DNA of 64,000 nt, from positions 192,001-256,000 of the forward strand of contig CAWKNZ010000005.1 of NCBI GenBank assembly GCA_963851265.1, read 5' to 3'. Of this stretch, positions 10,079-20,329 are shown in pieces. A model generated the notes under the pieces. It saw only the letters and a list, made by a program, of their open reading frames with translations, had not been told where the DNA came from and made no database searches. Each line of letters opens with the position of its first letter. The first letter of the stretch is position 1. The position numbers were made by a program, and so were the translations under genes. Origin of the DNA: an uncultured Gemmatimonadales bacterium. Its GTDB lineage: Bacteria > Gemmatimonadota > Gemmatimonadetes > Gemmatimonadales > Gemmatimonadaceae.

Positions 10079-11674
10079 TCACCCCGCGCCCGGCTCGGCG
10101 CCCGGCGCGACCTCCTCGAACGCGACCGGCTTCCCGAGCAGCTTCGCCAGGAGCCCCGCCTTCCGCTCCGCCCCCCACAGCTCCAGCTGCAGCGAGGCCT
10201 CCGGCACCACCGAGGCGACGCGCATCTGGACCCGTCCGTCCGCCTGGGCCACGGTCACGTCGCCCACCGCGCCGGCGTGCCCGCGGTCCAACCCGTCCGC
10301 GACGCGCAGTAGCGCCGAGAGACGCCTGACGCGGCGCCGCAGCGCGCGGTCCAGCGCGCCGAAGTTGGCGTGCGCGCGCTTCGGCACCGCGCCGCGGTGG
10401 TAGCGCGCCACGTTCGCGATGGCGACTTGTTCCGCGGGCGAGACGCCCTGCAGGTCGGCGTGGCGCACGAGGTGGTACGAGTGCTTGTGGTGCTTCTCGT
10501 AGTTGATCTGGTAGCCGACGTCGTGCAGCAGTGCGGCGTCGGCGAGCACCTCGCGGTCGCCGGGCTCGCAGCCCAGCCGCGCGGCGAGCTGGTCGTAGAG
10601 GCGGAGCGCGAGCCGGCGCACCTGCTCCGCGTGCGGCTGCTCGTAGTGGCAGCGCTCCGCGAACGCGCGCACCGAGCGCTCGCGCGAGACCGCGGGGTCG
10701 GCCGGCGCGCTCGGCGCCACCATCGCGGTCTCGAGCAGGATCCCCTCGCGAATGCCGTAGCCCGAAACCAGCAGCTCGCGCCCTTCGAATACGGCGAGCA
10801 CCTCCGCCGCGACCGCGAGGCCGCCGACGATGATGTCGGCGCGCTCGGGGTTCAGGCCGGCGACCGCGCGCCGCTCGGCCGCGCCGAGCGCGGCGAGCTG
10901 GGCGAGCGTGTGCTCGAGCTCCGCACGCGGCACGACCGTGCCGTGGCGCGACTTGTTCCCGCCGCCCTGCACGCCCGCGCGCGCGTTCACCACGCCCGCG
11001 AGGTTGGTGTACGTCCCGCCCGAGCCGATCACGCGCGCGCCGCGCCACTCCTTCACCGAGAGCTCGTCGCGGATGGCCCAGCGGACCGCGCGCCGCAGCT
11101 CGCGCAGCGCCTGCCGGGCGCGAGACGGCGTTTTCATGTCGTCGGGAGACAAGAACTGGTCGGTCGCGCGGATCGCGCCGAACGGCAGCGAGACGAGCCG
11201 GTCGAGCAATCCCTCCGCCGCGAGGGCCAGCTCCAGCGAGCCGCCGCCGATGTCGGCGACGACCGTGCGCCCGGTGCCGACCTCGAAGTGCGCCATCGCC
11301 GAGCGGAACGACAGGCGCGCCTCCTCGTCGCCCGTGAGCAGGCGGACGCGGAGCCCAGTCGCCTCGTGCACGCGCTCGAGGAATGCCCCGCCGTTGGCGG
11401 CGTCGCGCACGGCGCTCGTCGCCACCGCCTCGATGCGCTCGGCCTTCAGCTGGCCGGCGAGCGCGGCCATGCGCTGCAGGGCGTCGAGCGCGGCGCGCAT
11501 CGGGCCCTCGCCCAACAGGCCCGTCTGGTCCACGCCCGTGCCGAGGCGCGGCATCGCCTTCATCTCGTCGACGACGCGGATTTCGCCGCTGGTCGACACG
11601 TCGGCCACGATGGCGCGGATGGAGTTGGAACCGATGTCGACGGCGGCGATACGCGTGGTGGCGTCGGTGGTCAT
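10079..11674 (-). CDS. ppx: Exopolyphosphatase Ppx/GppA with HD domain
   Basis: AAVDIGSNSIR, VATSAVRDA, GDEEARLS, DIGGGSLEL, GIREG, AALLHDVG..HHKHSYHLV. Confidence 0.95.
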   Translation of the reverse strand: MTTDATTRIAAVDIGSNSIRAIVADVSTSGEIRVVDEMKAMPRLGTGVDQTGLLGEGPMRAALDALQRMAALAGQLKAERIEAVATSAVRDAANGGAFLERVHEATGLRVRLLTGDEEARLSFRSAMAHFEVGTGRTVVADIGGGSLELALAAEGLLDRLVSLPFGAIRATDQFLSPDDMKTPSRARQALRELRRAVRWAIRDELSVKEWRGARVIGSGGTYTNLAGVVNARAGVQGGGNKSRHGTVVPRAELEHTLAQLAALGAAERRAVAGLNPERADIIVGGLAVAAEVLAVFEGRELLVSGYGIREGILLETAMVAPSAPADPAVSRERSVRAFAERCHYEQPHAEQVRRLALRLYDQLAARLGCEPGDREVLADAALLHDVGYQINYEKHHKHSYHLVRHADLQGVSPAEQVAIANVARYHRGAVPKRAHANFGALDRALRRRVRRLSALLRVADGLDRGHAGAVGDVTVAQADGRVQMRVASVVPEASLQLELWGAERKAGLLAKLLGKPVAFEEVAPGAEPGAG

Positions 11675-11710
11675 CTGCGGGCGGAGGGGGGCGAGATCAA
11701 GCGTCCCGAA

Positions 11711-13573
11711 TCATACGGCGGCCGGGCCCGGCGTCGTGGGAAATCGCACCTCGATCGTCGTGCCCTCGCCGAGCGTGCTCACCGCGTGCGCCTCGCCACC
11801 GTGCGCTTCGGCGAGGTGTTTGACCACCGACAGCCCGAGCCCCGTCCCGCCCTGCTCGCGCGAGCGCCCCGGGTCGGCGCGATAGAACCGCTCGAAGATG
11901 CGCGGCAGGTGCGCGGCCGAGATGCCGACGCCGGTGTCGCGCACGCCGAGCCATACGTCGCCGGTGGCCGAATCGCGCCGGGTGTAGACCGTGACGCGCC
12001 CCGCCGGCGTGTGGCGCACGGCGTTCTCGACCAGGTTGCTCAGCACCTGGCGTGCGGCGGTCGGGTCGGCGTAGACGCACGGCGCTGCGGGGTCGGGCTC
12101 GATGTCCAGCGCGATCCCGCGGGCCGCGGCCGCGTCGCGCGCGGGACCGAGCGCGTCGGCCGCGGCCGCGAGCACGCTCACCGCCGTCGGCGCGGGGCGC
12201 CAACCTCCGCTCTCGATCCGCGACAGGTCGAGCAGGTCGTCGACGATGCGCTGCATACGGGTCGCGTTGGCGCGGATGGTCTGCGCGAAGCGGCGCGGCG
12301 CGGCGGCGAGGCCGGCGTCGTCGGCGAGCGTCTCGGCGAAGCCGCCGACCACGGTGAGCGGCGTCTTGAGTTCGTGCGAGACGTTGGCCACGAAGTCGCG
12401 CCGCACGGTCTCGAGTCGGCGCACGGCGGTGAGGTCGCGGAAGGCGAGCACCGCGCCGCGCGCGGCCGGGAGCGGGCGCGCGGTCAGGGCGAGCGTGCGC
12501 CCGTGCACGCGCAGCTCGACCGCGGGCTCCGCGCCGTGTTCGCCGGTCGCGGTCATGTTGGTGGTGCCGTTTCCCATCGGCTCGCCGCCGACCAGCTCGC
12601 CGCGCAGCGCGGCCGCGAGCGCCTCGCGGAGTGCGCGGTCGCGCGGCAGATACTCCGCCGGGAACGGGGGCGCATCGGGGAGGCGGAGCAGGCGCCGGGC
12701 CGTGTCGTTCACGCGCACCACCTGCCCGCGGCCGTCGACGGCCACCACGCCCTCACTCAGCGACTCGATGAGCGCGGCGAGCAGCTCCTGCTCGGCGGCG
12801 AGCGCGTCGAGGCGCGCGCCGAGCTGCTCCGCGAGCCGGTGCATCGCGCCGGCGACCTCGCCGATCTCGCCGGGGGCGACGAGGGCCGGGCGATTGGACA
12901 GGTCGCCCGCGGCGAGCGCGCGCGCGACGTCACGCAACTCGGCGAGCGGGCGCGTGATGGAACGCGCGAGGAGCAGCGCGCCCAGCGCCGCCGTGAGCAG
13001 CCCCACGAGCCCGGCCGTGAGTATGCCGTCCCGCAACGCGTCGGTGAGCGGGCGGATGTCGACGCCCGACGACGCGACGCGGACCACGCCGTGCGCCGCG
13101 CGCGCGGCCGCGGCGTACTCGTACGCGCCGGTCGCGCTCGACGCGTCGGCGTGCGCCGCGCCGGTGCTGTCGCGCGCGGCGGCTGCCACCTCGGGCAGTC
13201 GCGCGTAGCCGGCGAGCCAGGAGGCCGTGGTGTCGCGCAGCTCGTCGTCGCGCGCCTCGGAGTCGCCGCGCACGCGCCCGCTCGCGTCGATGAACGTGAC
13301 GTGGCGACCGAGGAGAATGGCGAGCGAGTCGGCGAGCCGCACGTCGGCGGCCGCCGCCGCGGCGGCCGCGCCGGCCGACCTCACAGTGGGCCCGGCGGGA
13401 CCGGCGGCGGCCGTCCAGAGACGCGCGCCCACGGTCGCCTCCACGCGCAACCGATCGAGGGTGGCCGTGCGTTCGGCGGCCCGGGCCCGCGTGCCCACGG
13501 TGGCGGCGACGAGGGCGACGAGGACCGCGACCGTGACGGCGGCCGCGAGCAGCAGGCGGGCCGTCAGGCGCAT
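11711..13573 (-). CDS. phoR: HAMP/PAS sensor histidine kinase, PhoR-like
   Basis: ATG at 13573 (MRLTARLLL), two TM segments, HAMP, RRDFVANVSHELKTPLT H-box, NLVENAVRH, DTGVGI, FERFYRAD..GGTGLGL. Confidence 0.85.
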   Translation of the reverse strand: MRLTARLLLAAAVTVAVLVALVAATVGTRARAAERTATLDRLRVEATVGARLWTAAAGPAGPTVRSAGAAAAAAAADVRLADSLAILLGRHVTFIDASGRVRGDSEARDDELRDTTASWLAGYARLPEVAAAARDSTGAAHADASSATGAYEYAAAARAAHGVVRVASSGVDIRPLTDALRDGILTAGLVGLLTAALGALLLARSITRPLAELRDVARALAAGDLSNRPALVAPGEIGEVAGAMHRLAEQLGARLDALAAEQELLAALIESLSEGVVAVDGRGQVVRVNDTARRLLRLPDAPPFPAEYLPRDRALREALAAALRGELVGGEPMGNGTTNMTATGEHGAEPAVELRVHGRTLALTARPLPAARGAVLAFRDLTAVRRLETVRRDFVANVSHELKTPLTVVGGFAETLADDAGLAAAPRRFAQTIRANATRMQRIVDDLLDLSRIESGGWRPAPTAVSVLAAAADALGPARDAAAARGIALDIEPDPAAPCVYADPTAARQVLSNLVENAVRHTPAGRVTVYTRRDSATGDVWLGVRDTGVGISAAHLPRIFERFYRADPGRSREQGGTGLGLSVVKHLAEAHGGEAHAVSTLGEGTTIEVRFPTTPGPAAV

Positions 13574-13575
13574 CG

Positions 13576-14460
13576 CTAGCGGCTGGCGTCTCGAAGGCGG
13601 GACGCGTCGCCGTTGGCCCCGCCGCGCAGCCGGTAGCCGAAGCCGCGCACCGTCTCGATCAGCTCGCCTGCGGCGCCCAACTTGGCGCGCAGTCGTTGGA
13701 CGTGCATGTCGACCGTACGCGTCTGGATGTCGGGCGCCGCCTCCCACACCGTCTCGAGCAGGTGCGTGCGTGCCTGCACCCGCCCGCGCCGCTCGGCGAG
13801 CATGACGAGCAGGCGGTACTCCGTGGGCGTGAGGTCGATGCGGCGTCCGTCGGCGTCGACCGTCATCGCCGCGCGGTCGATGCGGATGGGGCCGACCGAG
13901 AGCACGTCGTCGGCCGCAGGCGCCTCGCGCGCATCGCCGGCGCGCGGTGCGTCTGCGCCGTCGGCCGCCGCGGCGACGCGGCGCAGGATCGCGCCCACGC
14001 GCAGCACCAGTTCCTGCGGGCTGAACGGCTTGGCGAGGTAGTCGTCGGCGCCGAGCGAGAGGCCGCGGATCCGGTCGGCCTCGCCGCCGCGCGCGGTGAG
14101 CATGAGGACGGCGAGGCGGCGCGTGTCCTCGGCCGCGCGCAGCTGCTCGAGCACGTCGAACCCCGAGCGGTCGGGGAGCATGAGGTCGAGCACGACGAGC
14201 GCCGGTCGCTCGCGGCTGGCCTGGGCGAGCGCCTCGGCGCCCGTAGCGGCGGTGGCGACCTGGTAGCCCGAGCGGGCGAGGTGGTAAGCGACGAGCGCGA
14301 CGATGTCCGGCTCGTCGTCGACGACCAGCACGCGCTCGCCGGTGCCGGCGGGACCCGGCACGGCGCTGGCGGGCGCGTCGGGGCTGGGCGTGGCCGTGCT
14401 GGCGGCCGGCGCGGGGGCGCCGGGGTGTTCGGTGCGGTCGGGGGCGTCGGCGGTCGTCAT
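13576..14460 (-). CDS. phoB: OmpR-family response regulator, PhoB-like
   Basis: VLVVDDEPDI, LDLMLPD, GADDYLAKPFS, winged-helix LTPTEYRLL..TRTVDMHVQRLRAKL..ETVRGFGY; true start may be downstream. Confidence 0.85.
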   Translation of the reverse strand: MTTADAPDRTEHPGAPAPAASTATPSPDAPASAVPGPAGTGERVLVVDDEPDIVALVAYHLARSGYQVATAATGAEALAQASRERPALVVLDLMLPDRSGFDVLEQLRAAEDTRRLAVLMLTARGGEADRIRGLSLGADDYLAKPFSPQELVLRVGAILRRVAAAADGADAPRAGDAREAPAADDVLSVGPIRIDRAAMTVDADGRRIDLTPTEYRLLVMLAERRGRVQARTHLLETVWEAAPDIQTRTVDMHVQRLRAKLGAAGELIETVRGFGYRLRGGANGDASRLRDASR

Positions 14461-14484
14461 GGGCGGCGGCGTGGGGCTGCGACG

Positions 14485-15183
14485 TTAGGCCGGGGCGGGC
14501 GCGTCGGCCGGCGCCGCGTCGCGGCGGTCGGCGAGGCGGCGCTGGATCTTCGCGACGATCATTTCGATCGCGACGGCGTTGTGCCCGCCGCGTGGCACGA
14601 TCACGTCGGCGTGCCGCTTGCTGGGCTCGACGAACTGCTGGTGCATCGGGCGCACGGTCGTCAGATACTGCTCCAGGATCTCCTCGAACGGCCGCCCTCG
14701 CTGTCCCATGTCGCGGCGCAGGCGCCGGATGACGCGCACGTCGGCGTCGGCGTCCACGTAGACCTTCACGTCGCAGAGCTCGCGCACGCGCGCATCCACG
14801 AACAGCAGGATTCCGTCGACGACGACCACGTCGGCCGGCGCGACGGCGACGGTGTACGGTGCGCGCACGTGCTCGGCGAAATCGTACACCGGCTTGTCGA
14901 CCGGCTCGCCGCGCGCCAGACGCTGCAGGTGACCGATAAAGAGGTCGAAGTCGAAGGCGTCGGGGTGGTCCCAGTTGACGCGCCGCCGCTCCGCCGATGG
15001 CAGGTGCGCGAAGTTCTTGTAGTACGCGTCCATGTCGACGAAGGCCACCGATGCGCGGCGCAGCGTCTCCGCGACCTTGCGCGCGACGGTCGACTTGCCC
15101 GAGCCCGACCCGCCGGCGATCCCGATCACGAGCGGCTTCGGTGACGCGCCGTACGACCGATCCGCCCCGCCGGGCGTGCTCAT
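14485..15183 (-). CDS. udk: Uridine kinase
   Basis: IGIAGGSGSGKST, DAYY, NWDHPDAFD, PVYDF, RRLRRD, FVEPSKRHADVIVP. Confidence 0.95.
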   Translation of the reverse strand: MSTPGGADRSYGASPKPLVIGIAGGSGSGKSTVARKVAETLRRASVAFVDMDAYYKNFAHLPSAERRRVNWDHPDAFDFDLFIGHLQRLARGEPVDKPVYDFAEHVRAPYTVAVAPADVVVVDGILLFVDARVRELCDVKVYVDADADVRVIRRLRRDMGQRGRPFEEILEQYLTTVRPMHQQFVEPSKRHADVIVPRGGHNAVAIEMIVAKIQRRLADRRDAAPADAPAPA

Positions 15184-15396
15184 GCGTCCTTCCCCCCCGC
15201 TGTGACGGAGGATCGCGCCACGGCCTCGTAAAGGGCAGCGGGGCGCGCGTCACGGTCGCGTATCGGGCCGGACGCGTGGCGCGCGTCGGCGGTGGTCGGG
15301 GCGGCGGGCATCCGCGAACGTTGCCGGTCCGGTGCAGGGAGGTCAACGGTGCGCCGCGAGGGATCCTACCGTGGCCAACATAGCTTTGGCACCACG

Positions 15397-16551
15397 ATGA
15401 CCGACCGCATCACCGACCGACTGCCCGCCGCGCGCGCCGTCTCGCCCGCCGAACCCGAGCCGCGCACCGAGCCGCTCACGCAACTTCTCGCCCGGCTGCC
15501 GAAGGCCGAACTGCACTGTCACCTCGACGGCTCCGTGCGCCCCGCGACGCTCCTCGACCTCGGGGCGGAGCAGGGAGTCGCGATGCCCGCGGCCACCCCG
15601 GACGCCCTCGCGGCGTACATGCGCGTCGACGACGCGCGCGACCTCGAAGACTACCTCGCGCGCTTCGACGTGACGCTCTCGGTGTTGCAGACCGAACCGG
15701 CGCTCGAACGCGTCGCGTACGAGCTGGCCGTCGACGCCGCCGCGGAGGGCGTGCGCTACCTGGAAGTCCGCTACGCGCCCGTGCTGAACACCCGAGCACG
15801 CCTCGACCTGCACGGCGCCGTGGAGGCCGCGTTGCGCGGGCTCGCGCGCGCGGAGCGCGACGCGCACGTGACGGCCCGCGTGATCGTCTGCGCCATCCGC
15901 AACCAGCCGGCGGAACTCGCGCTGGACGCGGCGCGCGTGGCCGTCGAGTATCGCCGGCGCGGGGTCGTCGGCTTCGACCTCGCCGGCGGCGAGGCCGGAC
16001 ATCCGGCCACCAGCTTCGTGCGCGCCTTCGAATACGCGCGCGGCCACGACCTCGCGTGCACCTGCCACGCCGGCGAGGGCGCGGGAGCCCAGAGCGTCCG
16101 CGACGCCGTGCAGGGCTGCGGTTGCGACCGCGTCGGCCACGGCACGCGCATCATCGAGGACGCCTCGCTGCTCGACTACCTCGTCGACCGCCGCGTGTGC
16201 GTCGAATGCTGCCTCACGTCCAACGTGCAGACGCGCGCGGCCGCGTCGTACGAGTCGCATCCCTTCCGCGCGTACTTCGACCGCGGCCTCAACGTCGTGC
16301 TCAACACCGACAACCGCCTCATGAGTGGGACCACGCTCGTCGACGAGTACGCGCACGCCGCCCGCCGGCTCGGCTTCACCCTCCCCGAGCTCGCCCGCGT
16401 GGCCCGTCAGGGCTTCGAGAGCGCGTTCCTGCCCTACGCGGAGCGCGAGGCGTTGCTGGCGCGGCTGGCGCCCGCGTTCGACGCGGTGCTGCGCGAGGAC
16501 GCGGCGGCGACCGCGATCGAGACGGGCGCGGGCATGCCGGTGACGGCCTGA
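15397..16551 (+). CDS. add: Adenosine deaminase
   Basis: LPKAELHCHLDGS, GFDLAGGE, HAGE, RVGHG, CLTSN, NTDN. Confidence 0.93.
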   Translation: MTDRITDRLPAARAVSPAEPEPRTEPLTQLLARLPKAELHCHLDGSVRPATLLDLGAEQGVAMPAATPDALAAYMRVDDARDLEDYLARFDVTLSVLQTEPALERVAYELAVDAAAEGVRYLEVRYAPVLNTRARLDLHGAVEAALRGLARAERDAHVTARVIVCAIRNQPAELALDAARVAVEYRRRGVVGFDLAGGEAGHPATSFVRAFEYARGHDLACTCHAGEGAGAQSVRDAVQGCGCDRVGHGTRIIEDASLLDYLVDRRVCVECCLTSNVQTRAAASYESHPFRAYFDRGLNVVLNTDNRLMSGTTLVDEYAHAARRLGFTLPELARVARQGFESAFLPYAEREALLARLAPAFDAVLREDAAATAIETGAGMPVTA

Positions 16552-17444
16552 TGGGCCTGCCCCCGTCCGGCCTCATGCCGCCCGACGTGTCGGCCGACGT
16601 CGCGGCAGCGGTCCGCTACGGCGCGGCCGCGGCGCGCGCCGCGGCCGCCGCGGTGCGCGACCGCCTCGGCCTCGCGGACGGCGCCGCGCCCGCCTGCGCG
16701 ATCGTGCTCGGCTCGGGGCTCGGCGACCTCGCGGGCGACGTGGCGGACGCGCGACGCGTGCCGTTCGCCGACGTGCCGGGCTTCCCACCGGCGACCGTCG
16801 AGGGACACGCCGGCGCCCTCCTCAGCGGCGCGCTCGGAGGCCGGCCGGTGCTCCTCCTCGCCGGGCGCTTCCACCTGTACGAGGGGCACCCCGCGCCGCT
16901 CGCCGCCTTCGCGGTGCGCGTCGTGCACGCGCTCGGCGCGCGCACGCTCTTCCTCAGCAACGCCGCCGGCGGCGTGCGCCGCACGTTAGGCCCTGGGGAC
17001 CTCATGGTGATCGCCGACCACCTCAACCTGACCGGACGCAACCCGCTCGTCGGGCCGCTCCAGGACGGCGACCTCCGATTCCCCGACATGTCGGAGCCGT
17101 ACGACGGCCGGCTGCGCGCGCGGCTGCGCGACGCCGCGCGCGCCACAGGGGTGCCGGTCGCCGAGGGCGTCTACGCCGGGCTCCTCGGCCCGAGCTTCGA
17201 GACGCCCGCCGAGGTGCGGATGCTCGAGCGGCTCGGCGCCGACGCCGTCGGCATGTCGACCGTGCCCGAGGCGATCGTCGCGCGTGCGTTAGGCATGCGC
17301 GTGGCGGGGGTGAGCCTCGTGACCAACGCGGCGAGCGGGCACACCGGGCAGGCGCTCACGCACGCCGAGGTTCTCGAGGCCGGCCGGGAGGCGTCGGCGC
17401 GGTTCCGGGCGCTGGTGACGGAGTTCGTGCGGCGGTTGGAGTGA
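16551..17444 (+). CDS. punA: Purine nucleoside phosphorylase (PunA/trimeric type)
   Basis: IVLGSGLG, GHAG, GRFHLYEG, NAAGG, RFPDMS, GPSFETPAE, GADAVGMSTVPE; overlaps add stop (TGATG). Confidence 0.92.
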   Translation: MGLPPSGLMPPDVSADVAAAVRYGAAAARAAAAAVRDRLGLADGAAPACAIVLGSGLGDLAGDVADARRVPFADVPGFPPATVEGHAGALLSGALGGRPVLLLAGRFHLYEGHPAPLAAFAVRVVHALGARTLFLSNAAGGVRRTLGPGDLMVIADHLNLTGRNPLVGPLQDGDLRFPDMSEPYDGRLRARLRDAARATGVPVAEGVYAGLLGPSFETPAEVRMLERLGADAVGMSTVPEAIVARALGMRVAGVSLVTNAASGHTGQALTHAEVLEAGREASARFRALVTEFVRRLE

Positions 17445-17446
17445 CG

Positions 17447-17481
17447 GCGGCGCGCGGTCGCGCGCCGCTCGACTAGTCGAG
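17447..17481. terminator. Hairpin plus 14-bp palindrome between convergent punA and M48 genes
   Basis: GCGGCGCGC-ggtc-GCGCGCCGC (17447-17468), followed by CTCGACTAGTCGAG (17468-17481). Confidence 0.45.
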
Positions 17482-17540
17482 GTCCTTCCGATTTCGGGCC
17501 GTTCGACCCCGCCGCTTCCTCGCCGCGCGCGCGGCCGCCG

Positions 17541-18389
17541 CTACTGCGCCCGCCGCTGCTGCGGCGCGCGCGGCAGGCTGCGCAGCCGGTCCTGGAACGC
17601 GTGGAAGTTACGGGTGTCGCGCGTCAGCGTGGCCAGCTGGGCCGGCGACACCATCTGCTGGATCTCCTCGCGCGTCGCGCGGATGCGGTCCTCCTCCAGC
17701 GGGTGCGACGCGAACCACGAGCTCACCATGTCGGGTCGGCTCTGGCGCTCGTCGAGCAGGATCTGGAACATGTCCGGGATGCCGCGCGGGTCGATGCCGG
17801 CCTTCGTCGTGAAGATCACGCCCTCGTGGTCGGCCTCCGACTCGTCCTGCCGGCTGAACTTGGCGAACGCCACGCCCGCGCCGAGTTGCACGGCCGTCGC
17901 GGCGGCGCCGCTCTCGCACACGCGCGTGAGGCCGCAGAGGAGCGTGACGCCGATGTTCGCGTTCTGCTGCTGCGCCATCTGCTTGATCGAGTGTCGCAGC
18001 ACCACGTGCCCGATCTCGTGCCCCATCGGCCCGGCGAGCTCGCTCATGTTCTGCGCGCGCTCGATCAGCCCGCGGTTCACGTAGATGAACCCACCCGGCA
18101 CGGCGAACGCGTTGATGTCGGGGCTGTCGACGATGTAGAAATGCCACTGCAGGTCGGACCGCGGCGTCACGCGCGCGAGCGAGTCGCCGAGCACGTTGAT
18201 GTACCGGTTCACCTCCGCATCCTGCACGAGTGGCAGTTGCTGGTTGATCTGCCCCGCGTACTGCTGCCCCATCTGCACCTCTTGCTGCTGCGACACGCTG
18301 CCCGCGGTCGCGCAGCCGGTGGCGCACAGCGTAGCACTCGCGACGCACAGCGAGCCGCGGATGGCGAGATTACGGAAGAGACGATTCAT
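17541..18389 (-). CDS. M48 family zinc metalloprotease, probable lipoprotein
   Basis: INAFAVPGG, HEIGH, FSRQDESEAD, WFASHP; N-terminal ATGC lipobox-like. Confidence 0.92.
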   Translation of the reverse strand: MNRLFRNLAIRGSLCVASATLCATGCATAGSVSQQQEVQMGQQYAGQINQQLPLVQDAEVNRYINVLGDSLARVTPRSDLQWHFYIVDSPDINAFAVPGGFIYVNRGLIERAQNMSELAGPMGHEIGHVVLRHSIKQMAQQQNANIGVTLLCGLTRVCESGAAATAVQLGAGVAFAKFSRQDESEADHEGVIFTTKAGIDPRGIPDMFQILLDERQSRPDMVSSWFASHPLEEDRIRATREEIQQMVSPAQLATLTRDTRNFHAFQDRLRSLPRAPQQRRAQ

Positions 18390-18515
18390 GGAAACTCCAC
18401 ACGTGCAGGGTCGGACGGCGCGGCGCGACCGTCGTCGGAACGCCCGCGATGTCGTGCGACCTCGGGCAAGTCACGTTCCCGACCACGGCCCACGTTCGTC
18501 CCCGCTCCATACCCC

Positions 18516-19340
18516 GTGCGGCTGCTAACGCTCGCCCGCGACCTCACGCGTCGCAAATCACGCGAACGCCACGGCCTCTTCGTCGCCGAAGGGGTGCGTG
18601 CGGCCGAGGCGACGCTCGCTGCCGGGGTCACGCTGCGGGGCGCGGTCGTAGCGCCCGCGCTGCACGCGACACCGCGTGGCGTGGCCCTCCGCACCGCGCT
18701 CGAGACGCGCGGCGTTGCGTTGCTGGACGTGGACGACGCCGCGTTCGCAAGCGCGGCCGATACCGACACGCCGCAGGGCGTGCTGCTCGTCGCGGAACGC
18801 CCGGCCGCGTCGCTCGCCGACCTCCAGGCGGCGGCTACCGCGGCCGGCGACGCCCACGAATTCCGCCTGCTCGTGATCGACGCGGTGCAGGACCCCGGGA
18901 ACGTCGGCACGCTGGTGCGCGCCGCCGCCGCCCTCGGCGCGGCCGGCGTCGTCGCACTGCCGGGTACTGGCGACCTGTGGAGCGCGAAGGCGGTGCGCGC
19001 CGGCATGGGAGCACATTTCGCGATCCCGGTGCTGCACGCCCCGCTCGATGCGCTCGCCGAGGTGCTCGACTCCGCGCGCGTGCCGCTCTGGGGCGCGGAC
19101 GGCGTGGGGCAGCCGGTCGACGTTCTCGCCGCCGACGCGCCCGCGCGCCTCGCCGTCGCGGTCGGGAACGAGGGCGCCGGCCTCGGCGACGCGGTACGCG
19201 CACGGGTCACGTCCCTCGTGAGTGTGCCGAGTAGCGGGGTCGTGGAGTCGTTGAACGCGGCCGTCGCGGGTTCGATCCTGCTGTACGCGCTGCGCCCCGC
19301 ATCACTCCGCGGCGATCGGCGATCCGATCCTCGTTCCTGA
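18516..19340 (+). CDS. TrmH/SpoU family RNA methyltransferase
   Basis: GTG at 18516; FVAEG, TPQG, DAVQDPGNVGTLVR, GNEGAG, ESLNAAVAGSILLY. Confidence 0.9.
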   Translation: MRLLTLARDLTRRKSRERHGLFVAEGVRAAEATLAAGVTLRGAVVAPALHATPRGVALRTALETRGVALLDVDDAAFASAADTDTPQGVLLVAERPAASLADLQAAATAAGDAHEFRLLVIDAVQDPGNVGTLVRAAAALGAAGVVALPGTGDLWSAKAVRAGMGAHFAIPVLHAPLDALAEVLDSARVPLWGADGVGQPVDVLAADAPARLAVAVGNEGAGLGDAVRARVTSLVSVPSSGVVESLNAAVAGSILLYALRPASLRGDRRSDPRS

Positions 19341-19361
19341 CTTCCCCGCGTCCCCCTTCCG

Positions 19362-20309
19362 TTGCCCGTCGGCTACATCCCTCCGCACACCGCCTGGCCG
19401 CTGCTCCTCCTCGCGCTCGTCGCGGGGCTCGCCGTGGGGTCGTTCCTCAACGTGTGTATCGTGCGCTGGCCGGCGGAGGAGTCGGTCGTGCGGCCGCCGT
19501 CGCGATGTCCCCGCTGCGGGCGCGGGGTGCGGTGGTATGAGAACGTCCCCGTGCTGAGCTGGCTCGCCCTGCGCGGCCGGTGTGCCGGCTGCGGGCTGCC
19601 CATCTCGTCCCTGTACCCACTCGTCGAACTCTCGACGGGGCTGATCTGGCTCGGCACGGTCTGGAGCTTCGGCGCCACCTTCGACGCGGTGCGCGTGGCC
19701 GTGCTGCTCACCGTGCTGCTCGGCATCGCCGTCACCGACGCGCGCGCGATGGTCATTCCCGACGGGTTCACCGTGTTCCTGCTCCTGTTCGGGCTCGTCG
19801 GGTCGATCGTGAGTCGGACGGCGGGCGCGGTGTCGCTCTTTGCTCAGCCGTATGAAGCGTTCCTCGGCGCCTGCGCGGGTGCGGGGCTCGTCGCGATCAT
19901 CGGCTGGCTGGGAGAGCTCGCCTTCAAGCGCGAGGCGATGGGGTTCGGCGACGTGACGATGATGGCCGCGGTCGGCGCCTCGCTCGGCCCCGAGCGCGCG
20001 CTCATGACCGTGCTGCTCGGCGCGGTGTTCGGCGCGGTCGCGTCGGTGTTCGTGCTCGTCCCGCTCACGATGCTGCGTGCCAGGACCGCCCCGGCCCACG
20101 CCACCCCGGACGCGTCGGGTGTGGTCGCGTCGGGGGCCGTCGCGTCCGGACCGTCCGGGGCGGAGCCGGTCGAGAGCCTCGGCACGTTGCTCGCCAACCT
20201 GCCTCACGTGCCGTTCGGCGTTTTCCTTGCACCGGGTGCCGCGGTCGCCCTGTTCTACGGCGACCGCATCATCGCGTGGTACTTCACCCACATTCTCGTT
20301 GGCACCTGA
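19362..20309 (+). CDS. pilD: Prepilin peptidase / N-methyltransferase (A24)
   Basis: GSFLNVCIVR, CPRC..ENVPVLSWL.LRGRCAGC, YPLVE, IPD, AMGFGD, VPFGVFL. Confidence 0.93.
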   Translation: MPVGYIPPHTAWPLLLLALVAGLAVGSFLNVCIVRWPAEESVVRPPSRCPRCGRGVRWYENVPVLSWLALRGRCAGCGLPISSLYPLVELSTGLIWLGTVWSFGATFDAVRVAVLLTVLLGIAVTDARAMVIPDGFTVFLLLFGLVGSIVSRTAGAVSLFAQPYEAFLGACAGAGLVAIIGWLGELAFKREAMGFGDVTMMAAVGASLGPERALMTVLLGAVFGAVASVFVLVPLTMLRARTAPAHATPDASGVVASGAVASGPSGAEPVESLGTLLANLPHVPFGVFLAPGAAVALFYGDRIIAWYFTHILVGT

Positions 20310-20329
20310 CGCCCTAGCCGCACGCTCCG

